Below are positions 1-11,609 of a stretch of DNA of 64,000 bases, in pieces (the stretch's first letter is position 1; each line of letters starts with the position of its first letter). This DNA comes from Octopus sinensis. Taxonomy: Eukaryota. Under the pieces are notes generated by a model, which was not told where the DNA came from, did not search any database, and was given only the letters and a program-made list of their open reading frames with translations. The translations under genes were made by a program, and so were the position numbers. The DNA lies in assembly GCF_006345805.1 (NCBI RefSeq), contig NW_021835233.1, positions 124,001 through 188,000 of the forward strand, written 5' to 3'.

Positions 1-293
1 TTTCCGTTTTGTGTCCGTTGCCAGCCTCGCCTGGCCCTCGTGCCGGTGGCATATAAAAAGCACCATCCGTTCGTGGCCGTTTGCCAGCTCTGTCTGGCAC
101 CAGTGCGGGTGGCACGTAAAAAGCACCCACTACACTCACGGAGTGGTTGGCGTTAGGAAGGGCATCCAGCCGTAGAAACACTGCCAGATTTGACTGGGCC
201 TGATGAAGCCTTCTGGCTTCACAGACCCCAGTAGAACCGTCCAACCCATGCTAGCATGGAAAACGGACGCTAAATGATGATGATGATGATGAT
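1..293 (+). mobile_element. 5'-truncated RTE 3' end with a (GAT)n tail. Close relatives at 10886-11155(+) and 53317-53860(-); other copies at about 7310-7675, 8760-9175, 15433-15770, 30005-30380, 44845-45160, 48090-48670, 61610-61990
   Basis: Shared terminus CCAACCCATGCTAGCATGGAAAACGGACG(C/T)TAAATGATGATG and internal tandem modules GGCACGTAAAAAGCACC. Confidence 0.8.
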
Positions 294-684
294 GAATTCC
301 TGGGTCGAGCGGTGTGTTGTGCTCTTGAGCATAACACTTCATACCACATCACTCTGCAATCGCTTCGACTCCTGACATCCTCCTATTCACATAATGACTA
401 TAAAGGCTGAAGTAATTCTGCCTCCAAGTCCGATGCACGCTTGTGTTTCGCTTATTTTTGTGTGTGTTTTACTACTTAAATGTCACCAACTGCCTACCCC
501 GAGTAAATACTCATGGCACATGCCTGGTACATACGTACATACAAATATCACGAGTATCACAACTACAATTTCCGTTTGATTTTTATTTTGATGTTGATGT
601 ACTTGACTCAGTAGGTCTCCTCAAGCACAGCGGGTCACTCTACGACCCAAAGTTAGCACATCAGGCCGTCCTGTGAGCTATGGA

Positions 685-3410
685 CTCACTTCATTTGTCA
701 GGTCTTACTCACTTCATTTGTCGAGTCTTACTTCATTTGTCAGGTCTTACTCACCTCATTTGTCGAGTCTTACTCACTTCACTTGTCGAATCTTACTTTA
801 TTTGTCAGGTCTTACTCACCTCATTTGTTGAGTCTTACTTCATTTGTCAGGTGTTACTCACCTCATTTGTCGAGTCTTACTCACTTCATTTGTCGAATCT
901 TACTTTATTTGTCAGGTCTTACTCACCTCATTTGTCGAGTCTTACTTCATTTGTCAGGTCTTACTCACTTCATTTGTCGAGTCTTACTTCATTTGTCAGG
1001 TCTTACTCACCTCATTTGTCGAGTCTTACTTCATTTGTCAGGTCTTACTCACTTCATTTGTCGAGTCTTTCTTCATTTGTCAGGTCTTACTCACTTCATT
1101 TGTCGAGTCTTACTTCATTTGTCAGGTCTTACTCACCTCATTTGTCGAATCTTACTTCATTTGTCAGGTCTTACTCACTTCATTTGTCGAGTCTTACTTC
1201 ATTTGTCAGGTCTTACTCACCTCATTTGTCGAGTCTTACTTCATTTGTCAGGTCTTACTCACTTCATTTGTTGAGTCTTACTTCATTTGTTGGGTCTTAC
1301 TCACTTCATTTGTTGAGTCTTACTTCATTTGTCAGGTCTTACTCACCTCATTTGTCGAGTCTTACTTCATTTGTCGGGTCTTACTCACCTCATTTGTCGA
1401 GTCTTACTTCATTTGTCAGGTCTTACTCACTTCATTTGTTGAGTCTTACTTCATTTGTCAGGTCTTACTCACCTCATTTGTCGAGTCTTACTTCATTTGT
1501 CGGGTCTTATTCACTTCATTTGTCGAGTCTTACTTCATTTGTCAGGTCTTACTCACCTCATTTGTCGAGTCTTACTTCATTTGTCAGGTCTTACTCACTT
1601 CATTTGTTGAGTCTTACTTCATTTGTTGGGTCTTACTCATTTCATTTGTTGAGTCTTACTTCATTTGTCAGGTCTTACTCACTTCATTTGTTGAGTCTTA
1701 CTTCATTTGTCAGGTGTTACTCACTTCATTTGTTGAGTCTTACTTCATTTGTCAGGTCTTACTCACCTCATTTGTCGAGTCTTACTTCATTTGTCGGGTC
1801 CTACTCACCTCATTTGTCGAGTCTTACTTCATTTGTCAGGTCTTACTCACTTCATTTGTCGAGTCTTACTTCATTTGTCAGGTCTTACTCACTTCATTTG
1901 TTGAGTCTTACTTCATTTGTCAGGTCTTACTCACTTCATTTGTTGAGTCTTACTTCATTTGTCAGGTCTTACTCACTTCATTTGTTGAGTCTTACTTCAT
2001 TTGTCAGGTCTTACTCACCTCATTTGTCGAGTCTTACTTCATTTGTTGGGTCTTACTCACCTCATTTGTCGAGTCTTACTTCATTTGTCAGGTCTTACTC
2101 ACTTCATTTGTTGAGTCTTACTTCATTTGTTGGGTCTTACTCACTTCATTTGTTGAGTCTTACTTCATTTGTCAGGTCTTACTCACCTCATTTGTTGAGT
2201 CTTTCTTCATTTGTTGGGTCTTACTCACTTCATTTGTTAGGTCTTACTCACCTCATTTGTCGAGTCTTCATTTGTCGAGTCTTACTTCATTTGTCAGGTC
2301 TTACTCACTTCATTTGTTGAGTCTTACTTCATTTGTCAGGTCTTACTCACTTCATTTGTTGAGTCTTACTTCATTTGTCAGGTCTTACTCACCTCATTTG
2401 TCGAGTCTTACTTCATTTGTCAGGTCTTACTCACCTCATTTGTCGAGTCTTACTTCATTTGTCAGGTCTTACTCACTTCATTTGTCGAGTCTTACTTCAT
2501 TAGTTGGGTCTTACTCACTTCATTTGTCGAGTCTTACTTCATTTGTCAGGTCTTACTCACTTCATTTGTTGAGTCTTACTTCATTTGTTGGGTCTTACTC
2601 ACTTCATTTGTTGAGTCTTACTTCATTTGTCAGGTCTTACTCACTTCATTTGTTGAGTCTTACTTCATTTGTTGGGTCTTACTCACCTCATTTGTCGAGT
2701 CTTACTTCATTTGTCAGGTCTTACTCACTTCATTTGTTGAGTCTTACTTCATTTGTCAGGTCTTACTCACTTCATTTGTCGAGTCTTACTTCATTTGTCA
2801 GGTCTTACTCACTTCATTTGTTGAGTCTTACTTCATTTGTTGGGTCTTACTCACCTCATTTGTCGAGTCTTACTTCATTTGTCAGGTCTTACTCACCTCA
2901 TTTGTCAAGTCTTACTTCATTTGTCAGGTCTTACTCACTTCATTTGTCGAGTCTTACTTCATTTGTCGGGTCTTACTCACCTCATTTGTTGAGTCTTACT
3001 TCATTTGTCAGGTCTTACTCACTTCATTTGTTGAGTCTTACTTCATTTGTCGGGTCTTACTCACCTCATTTGTCGAGTCTTACTTCATTTGTCAGGTCTT
3101 ACTCACTTTATTTGTTGAGTCTTACTTCATTTGTTGGGTCTTACTCACCTCATTTGTTGTGTCTTACTTCATTTGTCAGGTCTTACTCACTTCATTTGTC
3201 GAGCCTTACTTCATTTGTCAGGTCTTACTCACCTCATTTGTTGAGTCTTACTTCATTTGTCAGGTCTTACTCACTTCATTTGTTGGGTCTTACTCACCTC
3301 ATTTGTCTAGTCTTACTTCATTTGTCGGGTCTTACTCACCTCATTTGTCGAGTCTTACTTCATTTGTCAGGTCTTACTCACTTCATTTGTCAGGTGTTAC
3401 TCACATCTGA
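685..3410. repeat. About 2.7-kb minisatellite with a 42-bp unit made of related 19-bp and 23-bp subunits
   Basis: (cttacttcatttgtcaggt + cttactcac[c/t]tcatttgt[c/t]gagt)n, roughly 60 copies. The 14-aa periodicity of the overlapping ORFs confirms the 42-bp period. Confidence 0.95.
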
Positions 3411-3771
3411 GTGAGGTTGTTGCCAGTGCTGCTGGACTGGCTCCTGTGCAGGTGGCATGTAAAAAACACCATTTGAGCATGGCTGTTGCCAGTACCACTT
3501 TTACCAGAGGATTGGCAAAAGAGAATAATAGAATAAGTACCTGGCTGATAAAATAAAAAGGTACTGGGTGTTGATTCATTTGACTAAAATTCTTCAAGGT
3601 GGTGCCCCAGCATGGCCACAGTCTAATGACTGAAACAAATAAAGGATATACATATTAGGAATGAACCTCATAGCTCAGTGAATATAATAATAATAATAAT
3701 AATAATAATGTGTAGTAAAATTACCAAGTATTCTATACTCTTACTTCAGAAATGAGTAATGACATTGCAAA

Positions 3772-4170
3772 TCTTTCTCTATATATAAAGCTGAAGTTGT
3801 CTGTGTTATGGCAGGTTTGGTAGCCTTCAACTAACACTATCTCCTCCGAGACCTTGCGGTGCAAGTTGACCAAAATTGAGAGTCTGATAGAAGAAGGCTT
3901 GCTTTTCCTTACGTAGAAGAAAAAATTCAAATCGGTTTATGTTAAGACCAAAAATTATTTACATCAAAAAGGTGCTTTTTTTCTATGAAAATCCCTATTT
4001 TTTACAATTTTTTTTACTGCTGTGTCGCCATAGTTTGGTGTATTTCAACCAGAAAAATGTTCACTTAAAGAAAATAACAAACTACATAATGCAAAATTTT
4101 TACTAATTTAAAAAAATTCCAATTCTAAAGGGTCGAAACAAACCCAAGGATCGCTGGGTGATACTGCTAG
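3772..4170 (+). mobile_element. Non-autonomous Helitron (about 400 bp)
   Basis: 5' TC start after A (a|TCTTTCTCTATATATAAAG), subterminal GC hairpin remnant, 3' CTAG followed by T, no TSD. Second copy at 50172-50562. Confidence 0.8.
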
Positions 4171-4406
4171 TATGATATATTTTATATAGTGCTTTATATA
4201 AACATTAAAAACGATCATTTTTGGGCCTCATTGTTTTAGATGTCTAAGGAGTAGCTGTGTGGTATGTAGCTTGCTAACCAACCACATGGTTCTGGGTTCA
4301 GTCCCACTGCGTGGCATCTTGGGCAAGTGTCTTCTGCTGTAGCTCCGGGCCGACCAATGCCTTGTGAGTGGATTTGGTAGACAGAAACTGAAAGAAGCCT
4401 GTCGTA

Positions 4407-4445
<39 letters not shown>

Positions 4446-4500
4446 TATGAAAAAACAAGTCAAAATAGAAAATGCTAAAATAATTTTATAAAGAACATTT

Positions 4501-4538
4501 CAGTACCGGTTTCGGTCATTTTGAGACCTTTTCAACTG
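4501..4538 (-). ncRNA. Degenerate hammerhead motif, fourth family
   Basis: CAG-TTGAAAA-GGTC(TCAAAAT)GACC-GAAA-CCGG-TA^-CTG: palindromic ACCGGT; two core substitutions relative to CUGANGA. Confidence 0.5.
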
Positions 4539-4685
4539 TAACGATTAAATAATTAAATTTAGAAAAATTAGAAGAAAAGTTTTTTTAAAGGAATATTTGT
4601 ATAGTGTTCAGATATAAGTGGCATTCTGCCTTTCTCTGACTCCCTTGTTTGCACTTGTGTGTTCGAGGTCGTTGTGTTCGAGGTC

Positions 4686-4720
<35 letters not shown>

Positions 4721-7114
4721 TATATATATGTGTGTGTGTGTGTTTGTGTGTCTGTGTTTGTCCCCCCCCCCCAGCATTGCTTGACAACCGATGGTGGTGT
4801 GTTTACGTCCCCGTCACGTAGCGGTTCGGCAAAAGAGACCGATAGATTAAGTACTGGGCTTACAAAGAATAAGTCCCGGGGTCGATTTGCTCGACTAAAA
4901 GTGGTGCTCCAGCATGGCCACAGTCAAATGACTTAAAAACAAGTAAAAGAGTAAAAGAGATTACAGAAATGAATTTGTTGTAGATTCTGGCAGCGCTTCT
5001 GTTTATTCTGAACTCATCCAGAAATTATGCTATAAACAAGGAATTTTTAATTTTTTTTTTTTATCGTTTTCCAGTTTTTCTATAAAAAACATTTTAATAA
5101 AAATGATTCTTAAGAAGGAAGTACTTCACCGTTCTAACTCTCATTTATTTTAATGGTAATTTCTTCTGTTTAATTCTCCAGTTATTATTTGGTTTAAACC
5201 ATCGCTGCTATGGCTATGCTGTTGTTTATAGAATTTTCCCTTTGTTTTCAGAAATTTTGTCACGGTCTTTTGTAAGTCATTTGTCTGGAATTCTTATGAT
5301 TTTTGCGCAGCTTTATACAGTTTCTCTTGCTGTTTTATTGTAAGGAATTTTATGTGATTTTTATATCTTTATTTTTGAATGCATTTATATCTGAATCAAT
5401 GATAAAGACATGAAGATAGAAATGAAGTGAGGAAAATAGCAGAAAACAATTGTATTCATGTAAAAGAGTCACAAATAACATCTATTTGTCTCTCAAATAA
5501 ATTAAATAAAATTTTTCATCAGTTGTGTCCTATGGTTGTTACGACCAACTTTTACAAATTGGTTTGGTATTTTATCTGTAAGAAACCTGTGAAATATCTT
5601 TAAATATTATGATTACACAGCTAGCTGAGAGAGAGAGAGAGAGAGAGAGGGGACAAAAGAGAGAAATTTTGGAAAGAAAGATAAAACAGATAAAAAGGTA
5701 ATATCTACATGTTCTTGAAAATATGGTTTAAAGTTTTGTTTTTATGATATAAAATGCAGAAAATTAAATAAAACTTACAAGCTTTATTTCGGAATATATT
5801 TCCTTGGGAAGAAAATGGTTAGGTTTGTCTAAAAATAAAACGGAATTGCATTTGGAATAGTTTACAGATCATACAAGTTTATGTAGGTGTATTTTAAACT
5901 TATGATGATAATGATGATGATGATGATGACGACGATGATGATGATGATGGCGATGATGACATTTGTGTTCAGTAATACTACTACTACTGCTGTTGTTGTT
6001 TAGTTTAAGTTTAGGTTGATGCACATTTGGTATATTGAATTAAGGTAAATACAGTGTCACATGTATTGGAATGTCTGAACTCTGTTGTAACCTGCTTTCA
6101 ATTCCTGCTAGTGGCCATTTCGCTTCACATCATCATCATCACCATTATTTAACATCCATTTTTTTCATGCTTGCATGGATTAATAATATAAAAAGAAACA
6201 GAAAGCCAATCAGATGCTGGGTTGAATAAAATAAACTGTTCTCCTTCTCCAAGATTTCAGACTTTGTGCTTATTGTAGAAAGGATTATTATTATTATTAT
6301 TCAGTTGTCTTATTTTTATCATGTGCTTTGACTGCATTACTGAGTGCAGCTCTGTGTGCCTTGGGTATGTGCTGTGGTTTCTTGTGGTGCTTTTATTCTC
6401 ACTGTCTTGAAAGTGCTTTACATAGGATGTGTCTTCTTATAATTATTAAGATATGTAGGAAGGCTCCGAATGGGGTACTGGGGAGTAGCGTCCCTGCTTT
6501 CCTGAGCTAGTTTTCCACCACATTTCTCAAAAATTGTGGTAGAGGCCTTGGTCTCGGGACCACTCATGTCAAGAAACTGAGGTTGGTGGGTAAGCAAGGG
6601 CATGCTCCTTGTAGAAATTCTAGCTCCAAAAAAGCTTCATTATAGCAAAGGAGAATGGGCACCAGCCAGCCCAAAGATTGCTATGGCATTGAGGTAGATC
6701 TGGCCACCCCTGTTAACGGTGAGAAAATCTGGATTTTAAACACTGGATCATGATGGCAGAATTGTTAGTGCATTTGACAAAATGTTTAGCAGCATTTCCC
6801 CTAGTTCTTTACATACTGAGTTCAAATCCTGTTGGGATCAACTTTTAATTTCATCTTTTCTGGGTCAATAAAATAAATTCCCCCTCAAGCTCTGTGGTTG
6901 ATCAACTAGACCCTCCTTCTAAAATTCCTGATTTCTATAAGTGCCAAAATTTGAAACCCTTGACTTAACTTTTCATCCTTTTGAATTTGGTAAAAGAAGT
7001 ACCAGTGACGCACTGGGGTTGATGTGATTGACTAACATCCTCTCCACAAGATTGCTGGCCTTGTTCCTAAATTTGAAACTTTTATTATTATTGTATGAAT
7101 GATGAATGTGAAGG

Positions 7115-7300
7115 TACATGGCTCAGTGGTTAGAGCATTAGGCTTACAATCATGAGGTAGTGAGTTCAATTCCTGGACCGGGCTGTGTGTTGTGTTCTTG
7201 AGCAAGGCACTTTATTTCACATTGCGCCAGTTCACTTGTCTGTAGAAATAAGTTGCGACATCACTTGTGCTGAGCTGAATCAGCCTTTGTCTTTCCCTTG
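7115..7300 (+). mobile_element. Further tRNA-derived SINE family; inverted copies at about 11190-11415, 39270-39480, 47330-47610
   Basis: TGGCTCAGTGGTTAGAGC...GAGTTCAATTCC then TGTGTTGTGTTCTTGAGCAAGGCACTTTATTTCAC. Confidence 0.7.
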
Positions 7301-7643
7301 GACAAGAGCATGATCGTTGTCAGAGCGACTATCTGGCCTCCATGCCGGTAGCACATAAAAGACGCCATTCAAGCATGATCGTTACCAGCATCACCTTACT
7401 GGCACCTGTGCCGGTATCATGTGTAAAAGATTTGAGCGAGGTCGTTGCCAGTACCGCCTGACTGGCCCTGTGCCGGTGGCACATAAAAGCACCCACTACA
7501 CTCTCGGTGTGGTTGGCATTAGGAAGGGCATCCAGCTGTAGAAACTCTGCTAGATCAAGATTGGGGCCTGGTGCAACCATCTGGCTCGCCAGCCCTCAGT
7601 CAAATCGTCCAACCCATGCTAGCATGGAAAGCGACCGTTAAAC

Positions 7644-7676
<33 letters not shown>

Positions 7677-8384
7677 TCTTGGTGGTATGGAGAAGGGAGA
7701 CTGGTATGAATGGGTGACTGCTGGTCTTCCATAAATAACCTTGCCTGGACTTGTACCTCAGAAGGGGAACTTTCCAGGTGCAATCCCATGGTCATTCATA
7801 ACTGAAGGGGGCCTTTACTGTTATGAATTATGAATTTGCATTCATTTGACTCATGTGAGCCTGGAAAACCAGACATTAACACGAAAATGATGTAGATAAC
7901 TTTGCTTGTAATTAACAGAGAAACTATATTCTTTTGTAGAAGAAGAACTTTCCTCTCAGCATTTGGCTGGAAAAATATTGAATTAAAAATAGCACCCTAA
8001 AACTTTGAACAATGTTTTTAAGTTTGTCATGTCTTATTGATGGAATCCATAAAAAAAAAAAAAGAAAACCTACCATCCGTTTTAGCAAATCTAATTTCCT
8101 TTATCTCTAAAAGTGTCACCGTTTTCACCATAAAAAGCTTCTTTCACATGTATATTGTTTTGGTTCTTCGTTTTTATAGCAACCAACCAGAGCATTGTGT
8201 GAAGCTATACTCTTTGCACGTCAATAATTTTTCTTGTATGAAATAAAATAGATATAAATCTTTCTTTGTCTCGTTTTCTGATGATGGCTTGAAGCTAAGT
8301 GAGATTTTTCCACACCAGTAATATTTCTGTGTTTCTGTTTATTTATTTGTTTTTTTTTAATGTCTTACTTTAAATTATTTCCAG

Positions 8385-8579
8385 ATTGGTCGAGACATTA
8401 AACTTGGATATGATCCCTGTTTCATCAAGTGGTTCCACAATGGGGAATATATCATATGCGGTGGTTCAGACAAACAATGCAGTCTCTACAGCAAAGTTGG
8501 GCTGAAATTAGACGCAATTGGAAATGAAGAGACCTCATGGTTAACATGTTGTGCTGTCCAAGTGAACTCAGAAAACATA
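8385..8579 (+). CDS. IFT122: IFT122 internal exon (IGRDIKLGYDPCFIKWFHNGEYIICGGSDKQCSLYSKVGLKLDAIGNEETSWLTCCAVQVNSENI)
   Basis: ttccag acceptor and gtgagt donor; 195 nt, phase 0/0. Translation aligns with the remembered vertebrate IFT122 segment [31 protein letters not shown]. Confidence 0.95.
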
Positions 8580-9345
8580 GTGAGTTGGGAGTACCATTTC
8601 TTCTCCTATTTTTTTCATGTTTTTTTACCTTAAAACAGTGCTTCTCAAGCATTTTTGTAACTACTGCTTCTTGCCCTATTCTTTTACTCATAGCTTATCA
8701 GTACAACCTCCAACCATGCTATGATTCCGCAAAATTAAATATACGAGTGTGATCATTACCAGCGTCGCCTTACTGGCACTTGTGCCCCGTGCTAGTAGGG
8801 TGCTAAGAGCACCATCCGAGTGGGATCATTGCCAGAGCGGCTAACTGGCTTCCGTGCCGTAGGCATATAAAAGGCACCATTTGAGTGGGATCGTTACCAG
8901 CATCGCCTTACTAGCACCTGTGCCGGTGGCATGTGTAAAAAGATTCGAGCGAGGTCGTTGCCAGTACCGCTTGACTGGCCCCCGTGCCGGTGGCATGTAA
9001 AAGCACCCACTACACTCTCCAAGTGGTTGGCCTTAGGAAGGGTATCCAGCTGTAGAAACTCTGCCAGATCAAGATTGAAGACTGGTGCAGCCATCTGGTT
9101 CGCCAGCCCTCAATCAAACTTCCAGCCCATGCTAGCATGGAAAGTGGACGTTAAATGATGATGATGATGATGATGTTACTTTTAGTCATAAGGTATTGGA
9201 ATCTTATATATATACCATTCTGTCTAAATAATGGATCTACAAATACAATATCCCTGCATATCTCACATCTGTTTTCATTCTTCCACCTCATACTCTACTT
9301 TGTATCTTACCTAAATTAACTATTGCTTAACCATTATCTCACACC

Positions 9346-9393
9346 GTCTCCGATGAAGGGATATAATAAATATCCTAGAAACAGCTGTAAGAC
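9346..9393 (+). ncRNA. Degenerate hammerhead motif, third family
   Basis: GTCT-CCGATGA-A-GGGATAT(AATAA)ATATCCT-A-GAAA-CAGCTG-TA^-AGAC: palindromic ACAGCTGT stem III; core position U4 changed to C. Confidence 0.6.
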
Positions 9394-9626
9394 TTATTTA
9401 TAAATGTTCTAAAATCTACACGGCCTTGGTTTTTTTTATCTCATTATGAAAAAAATTTTTTATATACACACGCTGATATATGACCTATGTTAGACCCCTT
9501 ATTCACATAAACACTGAATCTCGAGATTAACTATAGTCTATCCATAGCACTTATTCAGCATTACCTGACACCTTTGGGTCTCACTGATACCTTTGGGTCT
9601 CACTGACACCTTTACCTCACATAACC

Positions 9627-9708
<82 letters not shown>

Positions 9709-11609
9709 GCATACACTTGTCAGGTTATCTTATGCTGTAGTTGCTGTGGGTGTCTTTATTGCATGTATGAAAATATCTAAAAATATTGACTATGTCTTTT
9801 GAATTATACTTTTGTTTATTATTTTACATGCATAGATTGGTGTGTATGTTAGATTTTGGTTATTTACTAATTTGCATTTCAGCCCCTAATATTATAGTTG
9901 ATGATGGCATTGTTGGTGTGACTGTGGCTTACCATACCATGACTTGTAATTTCTTTTGTAAAGTTAGTATTTATATAGAAGATAAAGACTAAAAGAAAAT
10001 GTACATACGTATTTATCATCTTCCATTTACTCTCCCCATTGACCCTAATACCTTTACAAATTTTCCATTGCCCCTCGCCTCAGAAACAGTACTGCTCTCT
10101 TTTATTATATACATACATACATCGACTACGATTGGAGGTGTTTTTACTTGCCACTAGCATGGAAGCCAGTCAAAGCCGCACTGGCATTGTCCATGCTCAG
10201 ATAGTGCTTTTTACATGCTACTGGCACAGGGGCCACAACTACAATTTCCATTTAATTTGATTTTGATATTGATGTTGATGTTGATGTACTTGACCCATTC
10301 TCCTCTTGCATGGCATATATATATATATATATATATATATGAATTATAAATTAGAGATAAAACCACTATTATGCAACTCAAACGGTGATAGACATAAACC
10401 AAGGCCTCTACCACAAGTTTTAAGAAATGTGATAGAAAACTAGCTCAGGAAGGCAGGGATGCTACTCCCTGAGACATCTTTTGGAGCCCCCCAAAAGTAA
10501 GAAAAAAATTTAATCCAAGATGATGGACAAAAGACAAAATAAATAGTAAATGAGCAAAACACGGCCTTACAGCCAAAAAGACAACGATGGTAGGTAACGC
10601 TTAGAAGAAATCCTGAAGGATATGGAAATAGCATGATAGAGAAATTTTTGGCGACCAAATGGCTGGGCTGCCGGTGTGAGAAAGAGAAAGAAGGAAAGCT
10701 GGCCATAGGTCCTGTGTCAGCAGCAAGTAGGAGAAAGGAAGAGAGAATGACAGAGAGAAAATAGAGTGAAAATAAGGGAAGAAATGAAGGGGTAAAAGGG
10801 AAGGAGAATGGTTACAAATACAAGTGAGAGAGAGCGAGAGAGAGAAAAAGAGGTAAGTGGACAGGCTAATGAATAATATATATATATATGGCCCCCCGTG
10901 CCGGTGACATGTAAAAGCACCATCCGTTTGTGGCCGTTTGCCAGCTCTGTCTGACACCTGTGCGGGTGGCACGTAAAAAGCACCCACTACACTCTCGGAG
11001 TGATTGGCGTTAGGAAGGGCATCCAGCCGTAGAAACACTGCCAGATCTGACTGGGCCTGATGAAGCCTTCCAGCTTCACAGACCCCAGTTGAACCGTCCA
11101 ACCCATGCTAGCATGGAAAACGGACGCTAAATGATGATGATGATGATGATGATGATATATATACACACACACACTTGGTTGTGGAAGGCCAGCAGTCGCC
11201 CATGCATACTGGCCTTCCCTCTCCACCCCACTGATGTTGTCCAAGGGAAAGGCAAAGGCCAATACAGCTTGGCATCAGTAATGTCGCAACTCATTTCTAC
11301 AGCTGAGTTAACTGGAGCAACCTGAAATGAAGTGTCTTGCTCAAGAACACAACACGTAACCCAGTCTGGGAATCAAACTCACAAACTCATAATCGAAGCT
11401 CTAACCACTGAGCCACACATATATATATATGGCAATAGTGAGGGATTATCAATCCAGGCAAATTACTTCATAAGCTCTTTGTACCTATAATGATTACTGG
11501 AAACAACTGTAAGCCATGTTTACTCTAATAAAGGAAAAATGTGTAATGGCCATTACTTATACCTTGTCCTTTCTCTCTCTCTCTCTGTACATATATATAT
11601 ATATGCATA

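Noticed and set aside
196-225. CTGATGA in RTE 3' ends (also about 11058) as a hammerhead
   Set aside because: It is followed by a hairpin but no GAAA or stem III/I pairing.
685-3410. Possible CRISPR-like array
   Set aside because: The units are contiguous with no unique spacers, there are no cas genes, and the context is a eukaryotic intron.
680-3414. 546-aa and 856-aa ORFs
   Set aside because: They are translations of the stop-free 42-bp minisatellite in several frames at once, with no domain content or splice context.
1-8384. Upstream IFT122 exon expected to encode the D-W-x-Q-x-x-S-F-Y-Q-L-x-G-K-Q segment
   Set aside because: Not found by eye in this interval; it probably lies before the window, though a diverged exon could have been missed.
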